DNA of 64,000 nucleotides, from contig JAJEAO010000114.1 of the NCBI GenBank assembly GCA_022822745.1, positions 69,613 to 133,612 of the forward strand, in the 5' to 3' direction. This stretch comes from Acidobacteriota bacterium (lineage in GTDB: Bacteria > Acidobacteriota > Vicinamibacteria > Marinacidobacterales > Marinacidobacteraceae). Positions 9,615-18,424 of this stretch are shown piece by piece; within the stretch, counting starts at the first letter, position 1, and each line of letters begins with the position of its first letter. The translations under genes were made by a program, and so were the position numbers. The notes under the pieces were generated by a model. That model saw only the letters and a list, made by a program, of their open reading frames with translations. It did no database searches and was not told the DNA's origin.

Positions 9615-11273
9615 TCAGCCGACGGCTGCGATCCGGGCCCGCTCCTCCAGCGCGATCCGGCGCGTCTCGTCCGGCGAAACGACATCGAACGCCACCTCGC
9701 TGCCGGGCAGCGCCTGCGCGAGACGATGGAGGTCGGGCTCGACGACGACGCCCAGCTTGGGGTATCCGCCGGTCACGCCCTGATCCGGACCCATGACGAT
9801 CGGCTGGCCCGACGCCGGAACCTGGACGGCGCCCGGGGGGCTCCCGTCCGAGACGATCTCGTCCCCGCCGGGAGTGTGGGTCAGACGCGGCCCTTCGAGC
9901 CGCACGCCCATCCGGTTCGAATCGCCCGAAACCCGAAAGCGGAGGTTCGGGAGCTCGGCGAGGCACTGCGGCGGAAAGCAGTCCTCCTGGGGTCCGAGGC
10001 TGATCCGGAGCCGCAGGGCGCCGCTCGCGGGCAGCCGGATGGCCTCCGGCAGATAGCGGTGCTCGCGCGCTCCCGGAGGCTCCGGGCCCACCGGGAGCCG
10101 GTCGCCGGCGCGCAGCCGTCGTCCTTCCAGGCCGCCGAGCCGGGCGAGACGATAGGTGGAGCGCGACCCGAGAACCGCGGGCGCCGCGATGCCTCCGGCG
10201 ACCGCCAGATAGGGCCGGAGCCCCGCCGGCGGGCCGGGAAACCGCAGCACGCTGCCCGCCGGCGCGCGGATGGAGGTTCCGAGCGGAACCCGCCACGGCG
10301 GTCGGCCGGGGAGCTGGAGAACGGCGCGGTGGTCGGCGCCTCCGAGAGCGAAGAGCGCTGCGCCCCGAAAGCGCAGAACCGGCCCCACGAGCGTCATCTC
10401 GAGCCCGGCGGCGGTGTCCGGGTTCCCCACCGCCCGGTTGGCGAGGCGCAACGAGACCGGGTCCGAGGCCCCGGAGCGCGGGACGGCAAGGTGGAGGTGG
10501 CCGAAGCGGCCCAGATCCTGGACGGTGGTCAGCAGCCCGCCCTTCTCGACTTCGATCCGGGTGTCGAAGTCGCCTGTCGGCGCGGGCGCAGGCCGGGTGG
10601 AATCGCTCTCGGGCAGCCGGGAGACCGGCGCGAAGCGGACCACATCCCCCGCGAGGTAGGGGGTGGGGGGTCTCCGGTCGAGATTCCAGAGAAGGCGGGG
10701 ATCCACCCGGCCGAGCACCCGCCACCCGGTCGGCGCCTCCCACGGATAGATCCCGACCTGACGGCGGGCCGTGATCAGCGATCCGGCGGGGACGCGGAGC
10801 CGGGGCGTGGCGCGCCGGGACACATCGAGGCGCGGATCCATCATCCCCATGTAGGCGAAGCCGGGGACGAACCCCATCGCGAGCACGCGGTAGTCCCGCC
10901 CGGCGTGAAGCCGGACCACTTCCTCGACCGGGAGTCCCGACCGCTCGGCGAGGAGCGGCAGATCCTCCCCGTCGTACACGCACGGGATCTCGATGCGCCG
11001 GCGGGGCGGAGGGGCTTCCGGGCTCGCGCGGCGAGCGAGTCGCAGAGCGTGTTTCCGGATGGCCTTCGGGTCGGCGGCCGGGTCGTGGAGAACCAGAACC
11101 GAGCGGTAGCTGGGCAGCGACTCCCGGTAGCCCTCGAACGGCTCCTCGTCGAGGAGCTGCGCCAGCGCCGTCGCCCGCGCGTTCAGTTCGAGAGAGATCC
11201 GATCGCCGAACTCGACGACGAAGGCCGACTCGCCGCCGCCGCGGATCCGGGGTTCGGAGGGGGTTCCGGCCAC
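9615..11273 (-). CDS. pxpBC: 5-oxoprolinase subunits B and C fused (PxpB-PxpC; KipI-KipA / allophanate hydrolase subunits 1+2)
   Basis: N-terminal half aligns with KipI/PxpB and C-terminal half with KipA/PxpC (...GMMDPRLDVSRRATPR... and ...VMGPDQGVTGGYPKLGVV...). It lies immediately upstream of pxpA on the same strand. Confidence 0.8.
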   Translation of the reverse strand: MAGTPSEPRIRGGGESAFVVEFGDRISLELNARATALAQLLDEEPFEGYRESLPSYRSVLVLHDPAADPKAIRKHALRLARRASPEAPPPRRRIEIPCVYDGEDLPLLAERSGLPVEEVVRLHAGRDYRVLAMGFVPGFAYMGMMDPRLDVSRRATPRLRVPAGSLITARRQVGIYPWEAPTGWRVLGRVDPRLLWNLDRRPPTPYLAGDVVRFAPVSRLPESDSTRPAPAPTGDFDTRIEVEKGGLLTTVQDLGRFGHLHLAVPRSGASDPVSLRLANRAVGNPDTAAGLEMTLVGPVLRFRGAALFALGGADHRAVLQLPGRPPWRVPLGTSIRAPAGSVLRFPGPPAGLRPYLAVAGGIAAPAVLGSRSTYRLARLGGLEGRRLRAGDRLPVGPEPPGAREHRYLPEAIRLPASGALRLRISLGPQEDCFPPQCLAELPNLRFRVSGDSNRMGVRLEGPRLTHTPGGDEIVSDGSPPGAVQVPASGQPIVMGPDQGVTGGYPKLGVVVEPDLHRLAQALPGSEVAFDVVSPDETRRIALEERARIAAVG

Positions 11274-11311
11274 GCCGCCGGGAGCGCTCTCGGGCGATGC
11301 GGGTGCGGCGG

Positions 11312-12067
11312 TCAGGTGAGCGGCGCCACCGTCACTCCCGCGTCTTCGAGGAGGCCGCGGACCAGGCGCGCGTTGCCGAGCGCGGCCGGGTTGTCCCCGT
11401 GGAGGCAGAGCGTCTCCGCGTCCAGCTCGACGCGGGATCCGTCGTGAGCCGTCACCGCGCCGGACGCGATCTCGACCGCCTGCGCCGCTGCCCTCTTCGG
11501 GTCGTGGATGACCGAGCCGGGGATGGCCCGCGACTGGAGCGTCCCGTCCGGGTTGTACACCCGGTCGGCGAACGCCTCGCCCGCGTAGCGGAGCCCGGCC
11601 TCGGCCGCCGCGGCCCGCATCGTGGACGAAGTGGCGAGTCCCATGAAGATGAGGTCGTCGCCGACGCGCGCGATGGCGCGGGCGATGGCCGACGCGAGAT
11701 CCGCATCCTTCACCGCCTGGTTGTAGAGCATCCCGTGGGGCTTCACGTGGACCAGCCGCCCGCCGCGGGAGCGGACGAAGGCGGCGAGCGCCCCCACCTG
11801 GTACACGACGTCGGCCTCGACCTCGTCCGGCGAGACCTCGATGAAGCGCCGCCCGAAGCCGCGCAGGTCGTGATGGCCGGGGTGCGCCCCCACGGAAACG
11901 CCGCGCTCCATCGCGAGCTGGACGGTGCGGTCCATGATGAGCGGATCCCCGGCGTGGAAGCCGCAGGCCACGTTCGCCGAAGAGACGATCTCGAGGATCT
12001 CCTCGTCACAGCCGAGGGAGTAGCTCCCGAAGCTCTCGCCCATGTCGCAGTTCAGATCAATGCGCAT
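11312..12067 (-). CDS. pxpA: 5-oxoprolinase subunit A (LamB/YcsF family)
   Basis: MRIDLNCDMGESFG...EIVSSANVACGFHAGDP... is the canonical LamB/YcsF N-terminus; 251 aa. Confidence 0.9.
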   Translation of the reverse strand: MRIDLNCDMGESFGSYSLGCDEEILEIVSSANVACGFHAGDPLIMDRTVQLAMERGVSVGAHPGHHDLRGFGRRFIEVSPDEVEADVVYQVGALAAFVRSRGGRLVHVKPHGMLYNQAVKDADLASAIARAIARVGDDLIFMGLATSSTMRAAAAEAGLRYAGEAFADRVYNPDGTLQSRAIPGSVIHDPKRAAAQAVEIASGAVTAHDGSRVELDAETLCLHGDNPAALGNARLVRGLLEDAGVTVAPLT

Positions 12068-12076
12068 GGCCCGATT

Positions 12077-12694
12077 CTATGGACGAATGGTGTTCGTGGC
12101 GCGGGAGTCGCCGATTCGAGCCCCGGCGCGGCAGTTCTCGTGGGTCACACCTTCGGGGCCAGCGTGGCGCTCGCGACCTCCGCGCCGCGCGGACACCACG
12201 CGCCGCGCCAGTCGCCGGACCACGCCCTGCAACCCCGTGGGGGAAGCCTCCGCGAACGGCTCGATCCCCGTGACCCGGGCGCTGCCGACGCGCGCTGCGT
12301 ATCGCAGCTCGCCGTTGCCACCGACGCTCAGATCGAGGGACCGGTCAGAAGACCAACGCCATTCCAGCAGGGCGTCTCCGTCAGGGTCGAAGGAAACGCG
12401 CGGCAGCCCCAGCACCGGCAGGAGCCGCCTGACGACCCTTTCCGCCCACGCAGCGGAGCGAGGATCGGCCGGAGCCGCTCCATGTCCGTCCCAGTCGTCC
12501 GCGGAGCACTCGCGAAGCGCTTCTCCCAGCACCTGTCGCACCACGCGCCGGAGCTGCGAGTCTGCCACAACCTCGCCTCTCGCCTCCCGCACGAAACCGT
12601 CACGGAAACACTCCGGGCGGGTCAACGGACGACCTCCCACACGTGCTCGCGGGTCATGGACGGGAATGATCCATTGGGCGCTGCCCTCATACAA
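12077..12694 (-). CDS. hypothetical protein (205 aa, no recognisable domain)
   Basis: Full-length ORF with balanced composition between pxpA and the Thx gene; start uncertain. Confidence 0.4.
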   Translation of the reverse strand: MYEGSAQWIIPVHDPRARVGGRPLTRPECFRDGFVREARGEVVADSQLRRVVRQVLGEALRECSADDWDGHGAAPADPRSAAWAERVVRRLLPVLGLPRVSFDPDGDALLEWRWSSDRSLDLSVGGNGELRYAARVGSARVTGIEPFAEASPTGLQGVVRRLARRVVSARRGGRERHAGPEGVTHENCRAGARIGDSRATNTIRP

Positions 12695-12753
12695 GCCTCC
12701 ACTCGAGTCGCGACGCCGTCATGGTGGAGTCCGCGACTCGTATCGGGCCCCGG

Positions 12754-12759
12754 TACAAT
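12754..12759 (+). promoter_or_regulatory. candidate -10 hexamer TACAAT for the Thx gene (possibly leaderless transcript)
   Basis: Perfectly AT-rich TACAAT in a 70%-GC background, ending 9 nt before the ATG at 12769. No convincing -35 or Shine-Dalgarno sequence. Confidence 0.25.
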
Positions 12760-12768
12760 GCCGGGATC

Positions 12769-12855
12769 ATGGGTAAAGGTGACCGGCGCACGAAGCGCGG
12801 CAAGATCTTCCAGGGCACAACCGGCAAGCGGCGGCCGAAGCGGCCGAAGAAGTAG
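12769..12855 (+). CDS. 30S ribosomal protein Thx (bTHX), 28 aa
   Basis: Translation MGKGDRRTKRGKIFQGTTGKRRPKRPKK closely resembles Thermus Thx ([25 protein letters not shown]). It is below the 60-aa ORF-track cut-off and was found by manual reading. Confidence 0.75.
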   Translation: MGKGDRRTKRGKIFQGTTGKRRPKRPKK

Positions 12856-12924
12856 CGCGCCGTCTCGGGACGCCCGGGGGAACTCGGCGGCTCCGGTTCG
12901 GAGGCTGAGGGCGGCGGCCCCGGC

Positions 12925-13839
12925 ATGAACGCCGGGTTCCTGCGCTACCTGGCGGCCAAGCGCACGGTGGATCGGCGTGCGCTGCACCCCGGTGTCGCTA
13001 GCCGCGCCACGGCGGCCGCGCGACGCCTCTCGGAGAGGCGAGGGCCGAGTCGCGCCGTGCGGGTTCTCGAAGTGGGGAGCGGCGCGGGGGGCGCGTTCCC
13101 GGTCTGGCTGGAGCTCCTCGCCCCCTGCCCCCGGATCGAGTTCGTCGCCACCGACGCGGACTCCGACCTCCTCGACGCCGGTCGGGATGCGGTGTCGCGC
13201 TGCGCCGTCGAGTGCGGCCTCGTGGTGGCGGCTTCCGGAACCCGGCGCGTCCGGCTGGAGGGACGGAACCCGGCGCGCCGAATCGAAGTCGTCTTCCGGA
13301 CTGCGAGCGTGCCGGGCGAAGCGGCGGCGGGCCGCTTCGACCTCCTGGTCGCGCAGTCGTTCTGGGACCTCCTGCCGCCGGGCGCCGCGATCGCCTACGC
13401 CCGTCGAGTGCTCGCTCCCGACGGATTGTTCTGTTCGACGCTGACCTTCGCGGGCGAGACGCGCTTCGAGCCGCCCCACGGGCTCGACGAGCCGATCCTC
13501 GCCTCGTACCACCGCAGCATGAGAGGCGACCGCGGCGGAGACCCGCGCGCCGGCGACCGCCTCGTCCGGGACTTCCGGGCGGCAGGGTCGGGGTTCCGGG
13601 TGCTCGCGGAGGGGCCCTCGGACTGGAGGGTGCTGCCGGTGGACCGCGGCTATCCGGGGGACGAGCGGTTCTTCCTCGAGACGATCCTCGGTTTCGTCGC
13701 GAAGGAGACCGGAGCAGACCCGGCCCTGCCCGGCCCCGTCCGGCGCGAATGGCTCACCGATCGCCGCCGCCAGCTCGACGAGGCCCGGCTCGCCTACCGG
13801 GCGCGGCAGAGGGATCTGTTGACCGAGCGGATCGGGTAG
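12925..13839 (+). CDS. class I SAM-dependent methyltransferase
   Basis: Motif I VLEVGSGAGG, with acidic post-I and motif II-like blocks; 304 aa. Confidence 0.7.
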   Translation: MNAGFLRYLAAKRTVDRRALHPGVASRATAAARRLSERRGPSRAVRVLEVGSGAGGAFPVWLELLAPCPRIEFVATDADSDLLDAGRDAVSRCAVECGLVVAASGTRRVRLEGRNPARRIEVVFRTASVPGEAAAGRFDLLVAQSFWDLLPPGAAIAYARRVLAPDGLFCSTLTFAGETRFEPPHGLDEPILASYHRSMRGDRGGDPRAGDRLVRDFRAAGSGFRVLAEGPSDWRVLPVDRGYPGDERFFLETILGFVAKETGADPALPGPVRREWLTDRRRQLDEARLAYRARQRDLLTERIG

Positions 13840-13899
13840 CGACGGGCCGGAGGAGACCGCCCCTTTCCGGAGTGGCGCCCCCGTCTCGCTGCCGGCGGG

Positions 13900-15054
13900 C
13901 TATCCCGACGCCGAGACGGAATCCGGCGTCCGCGTCGCGATGAGCCGGTCCAGCTCCGCGCGCAGCCGGTCGAGGATCCGGTCGTAGGGGAACGCTCCCA
14001 GCGCCTTTCGCCCCCGCTTCAGGTTCACGAACGCCGGACCGCACCAGAGCCCCAGATCGGCGTCGTCCGTTTCGCCCGGGCCGTTCACCCGGCAGCCCAT
14101 GACCGCGATCGTGATCGCGTGCCGCTCGGCGTAGCGCGTGATCTCGCGAACCTCCTCGGCGAGCTCGACGAACTGCTCGTTCTCGACCCGCGAGCACGAC
14201 GGACAGGAAATGATGTTCAGCCGGTCCTTCGGGAACTCGGGCACCGACCGGAACCGGCCGTTCGCGATGTCCCGGAGGATGTCGTGGCCGGCGACGACCT
14301 CCTCCGGCTTTCGGGGATTCGGAAGCGTCAGGGAGACCCGGATCGTGTCCCCGATCCCCCGGCTGAGGAGCTGTTCGAAGGCGATGCGGGTCTTGATGAT
14401 CCCCTCCGGCGGCAGCCCGGCCTCCGTCACGCCGAGGTGGAGCGGCACTTCGGGGAGTCGCTCGGCGAACTTCCGGTTCCCCTCGATGACCTTGGCCGGG
14501 TCGGAATCCTTCAGCGAGACCACGAACCGGGTGAAGCCGACCCGGTCGAGCAGCTCGCAGTGCTCGGCCGCCGAGGCCACCATCGCCCCCACCGGGTCGT
14601 CCCGGAACCGGTCTCCGTACGCCGGATCCACGGAGCCGCAGTTCACTCCGATCCGGATCGCGCAGTCGTTTTCCCCGGCCACATCGGCGAGGAAGGCGAC
14701 CTTGTCGGCCACCGGACGCGACTTCTCGTGGTGCCAGAGGTGGCCCGGGTTGTAGCGGACCTTGTCCACGTGCGGGGCGACCGGGGCGGCGAGGCGGTAG
14801 CTCTCCTGGAGATCCACCGAGAGGTTCGCCGTGGTCCGCTGCCGGATCTCGGCGAGAGCGTCCACCTCCTTCCGGCTGTCCACGGCGATCCGCACGATCC
14901 CGGCGCCCGCTTGCCGAAGGGCCTCTGCCTGGGTCGCAGTCGCTTCCACCTCGCGCGTCGGAGTCGCGCACATGCTCTGCACCACGACGGGATGTCCGCC
15001 GCCGACGACCACGCCGCCGACGGGAACCGCCCGCGTGGGGTTCCGCTCGATCAC
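13900..15054 (-). CDS. ispG: 4-hydroxy-3-methylbut-2-en-1-yl diphosphate synthase (flavodoxin) IspG/GcpE
   Basis: Strong IspG similarity throughout (...[10 protein letters not shown]..., ...[11 protein letters not shown]..., ...[12 protein letters not shown]...) with three Cys for the 4Fe-4S cluster. Confidence 0.9.
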   Translation of the reverse strand: MIERNPTRAVPVGGVVVGGGHPVVVQSMCATPTREVEATATQAEALRQAGAGIVRIAVDSRKEVDALAEIRQRTTANLSVDLQESYRLAAPVAPHVDKVRYNPGHLWHHEKSRPVADKVAFLADVAGENDCAIRIGVNCGSVDPAYGDRFRDDPVGAMVASAAEHCELLDRVGFTRFVVSLKDSDPAKVIEGNRKFAERLPEVPLHLGVTEAGLPPEGIIKTRIAFEQLLSRGIGDTIRVSLTLPNPRKPEEVVAGHDILRDIANGRFRSVPEFPKDRLNIISCPSCSRVENEQFVELAEEVREITRYAERHAITIAVMGCRVNGPGETDDADLGLWCGPAFVNLKRGRKALGAFPYDRILDRLRAELDRLIATRTPDSVSASG

Positions 15055-15183
15055 ACCGGGAGGGTACTCGGCTGGAGGAGGACGGGGGCACGCTGCACTG
15101 CGGACGGCCGCGGTAGTCGTCGTCGCGGCCTGACGCCGGAGCCGTCGCGACGCGAGGAGCCTGTTCGAGGGCCCCCGGATCGC

Positions 15184-15402
15184 CTACGCCAGCCTCCAGA
15201 ACGGCCCGCGGAGTCCGGCCTCGTCGAGAAGGATCTGCTTCGCGGCGACTGAGGCGGGGCGCCAGCCGTCGTCGAAGCGCCCGGCGTACCACGGCGCACT
15301 GAGACGCCCGAGCACCTCGACCGGGACAAACGCGTCGGGTTCCGCGGCCCGGGGCTGCCGGCGCTCCCAGGCAGCCGCGGCGCCTCCCGACCGGAAGGCC
15401 AC
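15184..15402 (-). other. MerB-family C-terminal continuation, in the same reading frame as the upstream MerB-like CDS after a single in-frame TGA (15412..15414); GTG-initiated ORF
   Basis: Translation (...AAAAWERRQ...AFVPVEVLGRLS...) aligns with the MerB C-terminus (...AEDWASKHQ...AIVSVHEAFGLG...). Only TGA + 3 codons separate it from the upstream ORF. Confidence 0.4.
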
Positions 15403-15411
15403 GATGTTGGC

Positions 15412-15864
15412 TCAGGTGAAGTGGATGTCGTCCCAGAACCGCCGGGCGGGAACCGGGAACCGCACGACCGCCTCGGCCGGCCCGACGCGGCCAGCGCGCA
15501 CGGCGAGATCGAACGCTTCCCCGGTCCCCGGGCAGCGAGTCGGGGTGACGCCATCGGTCCCGAGGAGGAGCGGAATCGCCAGGGCGTCCCAGGCGCAGTT
15601 CGCCCAGTAGCTCCCGCTTGGCGTCTCCACCCGGAAGCCGGTGCGAGCCCCGGCGAACGGATGGGCCATGAGGACGCTGCCCGCCGAGTCGAGAACGAGG
15701 ACGTGAGCGGCGGCGAGGGACTCGAGCGCCCGGGTCACCCGTTCCAGCGGGACGCGGAGTCCGGCGGCGAGTTCGGACGGCGTCGGCGTCGCGCCCCGTT
15801 CACGGATGGCGCGGAACAGGCGGCCCCGCATCCGCCACGCGAAGTCCGAGGGGGTCGCGCTCAT
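15412..15864 (-). CDS. alkylmercury (organomercurial) lyase MerB-family protein, possibly truncated by premature TGA
   Basis: YWANCAWDALAIPLLLG matches the MerB C96/D99 block (YAWCALDTLIFPALIG), and RCPGTGEAF matches the C159 block (HCAATGAP). Start ATG overlaps the DoxX stop. Start chosen at internal Met 15864 of ORF 15412..16254. Confidence 0.6.
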   Translation of the reverse strand: MSATPSDFAWRMRGRLFRAIRERGATPTPSELAAGLRVPLERVTRALESLAAAHVLVLDSAGSVLMAHPFAGARTGFRVETPSGSYWANCAWDALAIPLLLGTDGVTPTRCPGTGEAFDLAVRAGRVGPAEAVVRFPVPARRFWDDIHFT

Positions 15865-16313
15865 CACCCTGGCGGGGATCCTGGGGAGCGGCGCCGCGCC
15901 AACCAGGCGTCGAGACTCCAGCGGTCGTCGCCGTGGAGCGCGAGCAGGAGGACGAGGAGCAGGGTGCGCGGGACCACGTGGGCGGAGAAATCGAAGAGCG
16001 GATCGAGAAGGAGATGCCCGAAGGTGACCAGGATCAGAACGCCGCCGAGGCCAGCGGCGGCAGGAAGCCGCCGCCAGCCGAGGAGCAGGAGCGCGCCGCC
16101 GCCGAGTTCCACGAACGGGACCGTTGTTCCCGCGATCCAGAGCGACCACGCCGGCAGGAGAGTGTCCGCGTAGGGCTCCACGAAGAGCGTCCGGGCGTGC
16201 TGCGTCGCCCCCAGCGAGAAGACCTTCCACCACCCGGCCGCGGCGAAGATCCATCCGAGTACGACCCGGACGACGAGCGCCGCCAGCGCCCGCGCGTCCT
16301 GTCGTGATCCCAT
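15864..16313 (-). CDS. DoxX-family integral membrane protein
   Basis: About 150 aa with hydrophobic helices typical of DoxX (PF07681-like ...VRVVLGWIFAAAGWWKV...). Its stop overlaps the MerB-like start by 1 nt. Confidence 0.65.
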   Translation of the reverse strand: MGSRQDARALAALVVRVVLGWIFAAAGWWKVFSLGATQHARTLFVEPYADTLLPAWSLWIAGTTVPFVELGGGALLLLGWRRLPAAAGLGGVLILVTFGHLLLDPLFDFSAHVVPRTLLLVLLLALHGDDRWSLDAWLARRRSPGSPPG

Positions 16314-16389
16314 CCGTCGGCAGCGGCGACGCTACCAGCCTGCGAACCTCGGATCGGAGCGGGTCCGTGCAGATCGTCGCGGACCCGGG

Positions 16390-17382
16390 TCAGAAACGGT
16401 AGGACACTCTCAGCGTCGCCGCGACGCCGCTCAGATCGATGGAGAAAGGATGTGCGGCGGCGACGAACAGACCGCCGATCGCTCGGTCGAGGATCCCGGC
16501 GAGTTCATCGAAGTCCGGCTCCTCTCCTGGATCGGAGGCGAAGTCGCTCTCGAAGAGCGCGCGGAAATCAGCGAAGCCGGACTCCGGGCCCTCGAACGTG
16601 GCCCGCCCGAAGCGGCTCCAACGAACCTTGACCCCGAGCGACAGCCTGTCGGTGAGGCGCACGTCGGCGCCCATCAGCACCTGAACGCCGGGCACCGAAT
16701 CCGTTCCCTCGAACTCGAACCCCTGCGAAGCGAAGGCGAGGCCGGGAAAGCCGATCTCTTCTGCCGCCAGAAGCCAGGACAGTCCCGGCGCGACAATGTC
16801 GTATTCGACTTCGGTCGTGGCCCAGCCACCGCCCACTCCGACCCACGGAGTCACGCGGGATCCCGTCTCGAAGTCGTAGTAGAGATTCAGGAAGAGCTGG
16901 CCGGTCTCCGTCTCGAGGCCGCCGATTCCGGCGCCAAGCCCCCCGAACAGGGCATCGAGCCCACCGATCCCCCGATGGCCCCGTCCGAAATGGCCCCGTC
17001 CGAAACCGCGACCGAACCCCGCGTGATCGGGGCCCTGACGCCCTTCCTCGCTGACGCGGCCCAGCATCTCTGCTTCCAGTCGCAGCGCCCCGAGGTCGTA
17101 GCCCACAGTCAACCCGGCAAGCGCCTCGCCGGGGCGATCCATGTGGCGGTCGTTCCAGAGCAGGCCGCCACCCGCCTCGAGGCCGATGACGAACCCTCGA
17201 CGGGCTCGATCCTCCTCGTCGGCCTCGCCGCCGGCGGCGCGAGCGTTTTCGTCATCGGCGGGAGAGGGGTTCCGTGGCTGCCCGGGATCCGCCGCGGCGG
17301 GCGCGATCCCGGCGAGGCAGGCGATCAGCCCCGCGAGGAGAAGGCGGGCGAGAGGCCCGAGGGGACGAGAGTTGTTCTTCAT
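16390..17382 (-). CDS. outer-membrane beta-barrel protein (porin/OmpA-like barrel) with signal peptide
   Basis: Start chosen at internal Met MKNNSRPLGPLARLLLAGLIACLAGIAPAAA (signal peptide) because the upstream 88 aa are Arg-rich artefact. Gly-rich loops, alternating amphipathic strands and a C-terminal ...LRVSYRF ending in Phe are typical of OM barrels. Confidence 0.6.
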   Translation of the reverse strand: MKNNSRPLGPLARLLLAGLIACLAGIAPAAADPGQPRNPSPADDENARAAGGEADEEDRARRGFVIGLEAGGGLLWNDRHMDRPGEALAGLTVGYDLGALRLEAEMLGRVSEEGRQGPDHAGFGRGFGRGHFGRGHRGIGGLDALFGGLGAGIGGLETETGQLFLNLYYDFETGSRVTPWVGVGGGWATTEVEYDIVAPGLSWLLAAEEIGFPGLAFASQGFEFEGTDSVPGVQVLMGADVRLTDRLSLGVKVRWSRFGRATFEGPESGFADFRALFESDFASDPGEEPDFDELAGILDRAIGGLFVAAAHPFSIDLSGVAATLRVSYRF

Positions 17383-17629
17383 GGCGCTGCGCCTCCGTGG
17401 CGCGGGGGAACCGGATCGGGGGATCCGGGAAGGAAAGTCGGTGCGCCCGCGCGGCATCCGGGGATCCGAGCGGCGCTGACGCGGCCCGAAGCGAGGACCG
17501 TGCCAACGACGAGGCCGCGTTCCGAGCGCACACCTGCGACACCTCCCGCGGGCCCGGCAACGCGAGACCGCGCCGCGTCTTCGGCCTCTCCGGTGTATCG
17601 TCAGCCTCCGCCTCTGCGGGAGCGCCACC

Positions 17630-18058
17630 GTGATCGAGTACGACAAGTTCCGGCGCTCGCTCGACCGCCTGGAGGAGCAGATCGCTCACTATCGGGGACT
17701 CGGTCCCTCGGCGCCCCGACTGACCCGGGAAGGCATCGCCGAGTCGGTGATCCGGCGTTTCGAGATCTGCTACGACCGCCTCTGCAAGGTGCTGCAGCGG
17801 CACCTGGTGGAAGCGCTCGGAATCCCTCATCCTCCCCACAGCCCGAATCCGATCCCGCGACTGGCTCACGAGAACGACCTCTTCGAGGCCCCCATCGAAC
17901 AGTGGATGCGTTACTCGCGCGCCCGGATCGCCACGCAGCGCGACGGCGACCGCGACCAGGCGCGCGCCGCACTGGACATCATTCCGGACTTCCTCGACGA
18001 CGCGATCACCCTGTACGAGACGATGACGAGAGAGCGATGGAATCTGCGCCAGCCATAG
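17630..18058 (+). CDS. HEPN-domain protein, HI0074-family nucleotidyltransferase substrate-binding protein (HEPN/MNT toxin-antitoxin component)
   Basis: 142 aa; sequence pattern (...RRFEICYDRLCKVLQRHL...) fits the HI0074/HEPN family. It overlaps the downstream MNT gene by 22 nt. Confidence 0.7.
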   Translation: MIEYDKFRRSLDRLEEQIAHYRGLGPSAPRLTREGIAESVIRRFEICYDRLCKVLQRHLVEALGIPHPPHSPNPIPRLAHENDLFEAPIEQWMRYSRARIATQRDGDRDQARAALDIIPDFLDDAITLYETMTRERWNLRQP

Positions 18059-18393
18059 ACATCACCCCTGCCGCCCGTCGGGTTGTCCTGGACCTCATCG
18101 CGAAGCACCTGCCGAACACCGAGGTCTGGCCCTACGGCTCGCGGGTCCGGGGAACTTCCACTCCGAAGTCCGACCTCGACCTCGTGGCCCTTGCGGAGCC
18201 CGACAGCGTCGCCGCCGTCGCCGAGCTTCGGGAGGCATTCGAGGAGAGTTTCCTCCCGTTCCGCGTGGACCTCTGGGTCTGGAAGGAGATCCCTGCGTCG
18301 TTCCGGCAGCAGGTCGCGATGCGCCACGCCGTGCTGGCGCACGGCGACGAATCGAACGAACGCGAAACACAGTCAACGGCAGACGCAGACTGA
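18037..18393 (+). CDS. minimal nucleotidyltransferase (MNT, HI0073-like) partner of HEPN protein
   Basis: GS-x9-12-DxD motif: WPYGSRVRGTSTPKSDLDLVAL; 118 aa. Start chosen at internal Met MESAPAID within the long artefactual ORF 16450..18393. Confidence 0.75.
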   Translation: MESAPAIDITPAARRVVLDLIAKHLPNTEVWPYGSRVRGTSTPKSDLDLVALAEPDSVAAVAELREAFEESFLPFRVDLWVWKEIPASFRQQVAMRHAVLAHGDESNERETQSTADAD

Positions 18394-18424
18394 CGGCACC
18401 CGACCCGCATTCCCGGAGGACGCC

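Noticed and set aside
8956-10983. 675-aa minus-strand ORF overlapping arsC-like and pxpBC regions, and similar ORFs (8244..9530, 8820..9608)
   Set aside because: Arg/Pro-rich artefacts. The arsC-like (+) and pxpBC (-) frames carry real motifs.
12622-13512. 296-aa minus-strand ORF antisense to the methyltransferase gene
   Set aside because: No motifs and Arg/Gly-rich, whereas the plus-strand frame has a clean SAM-binding motif.
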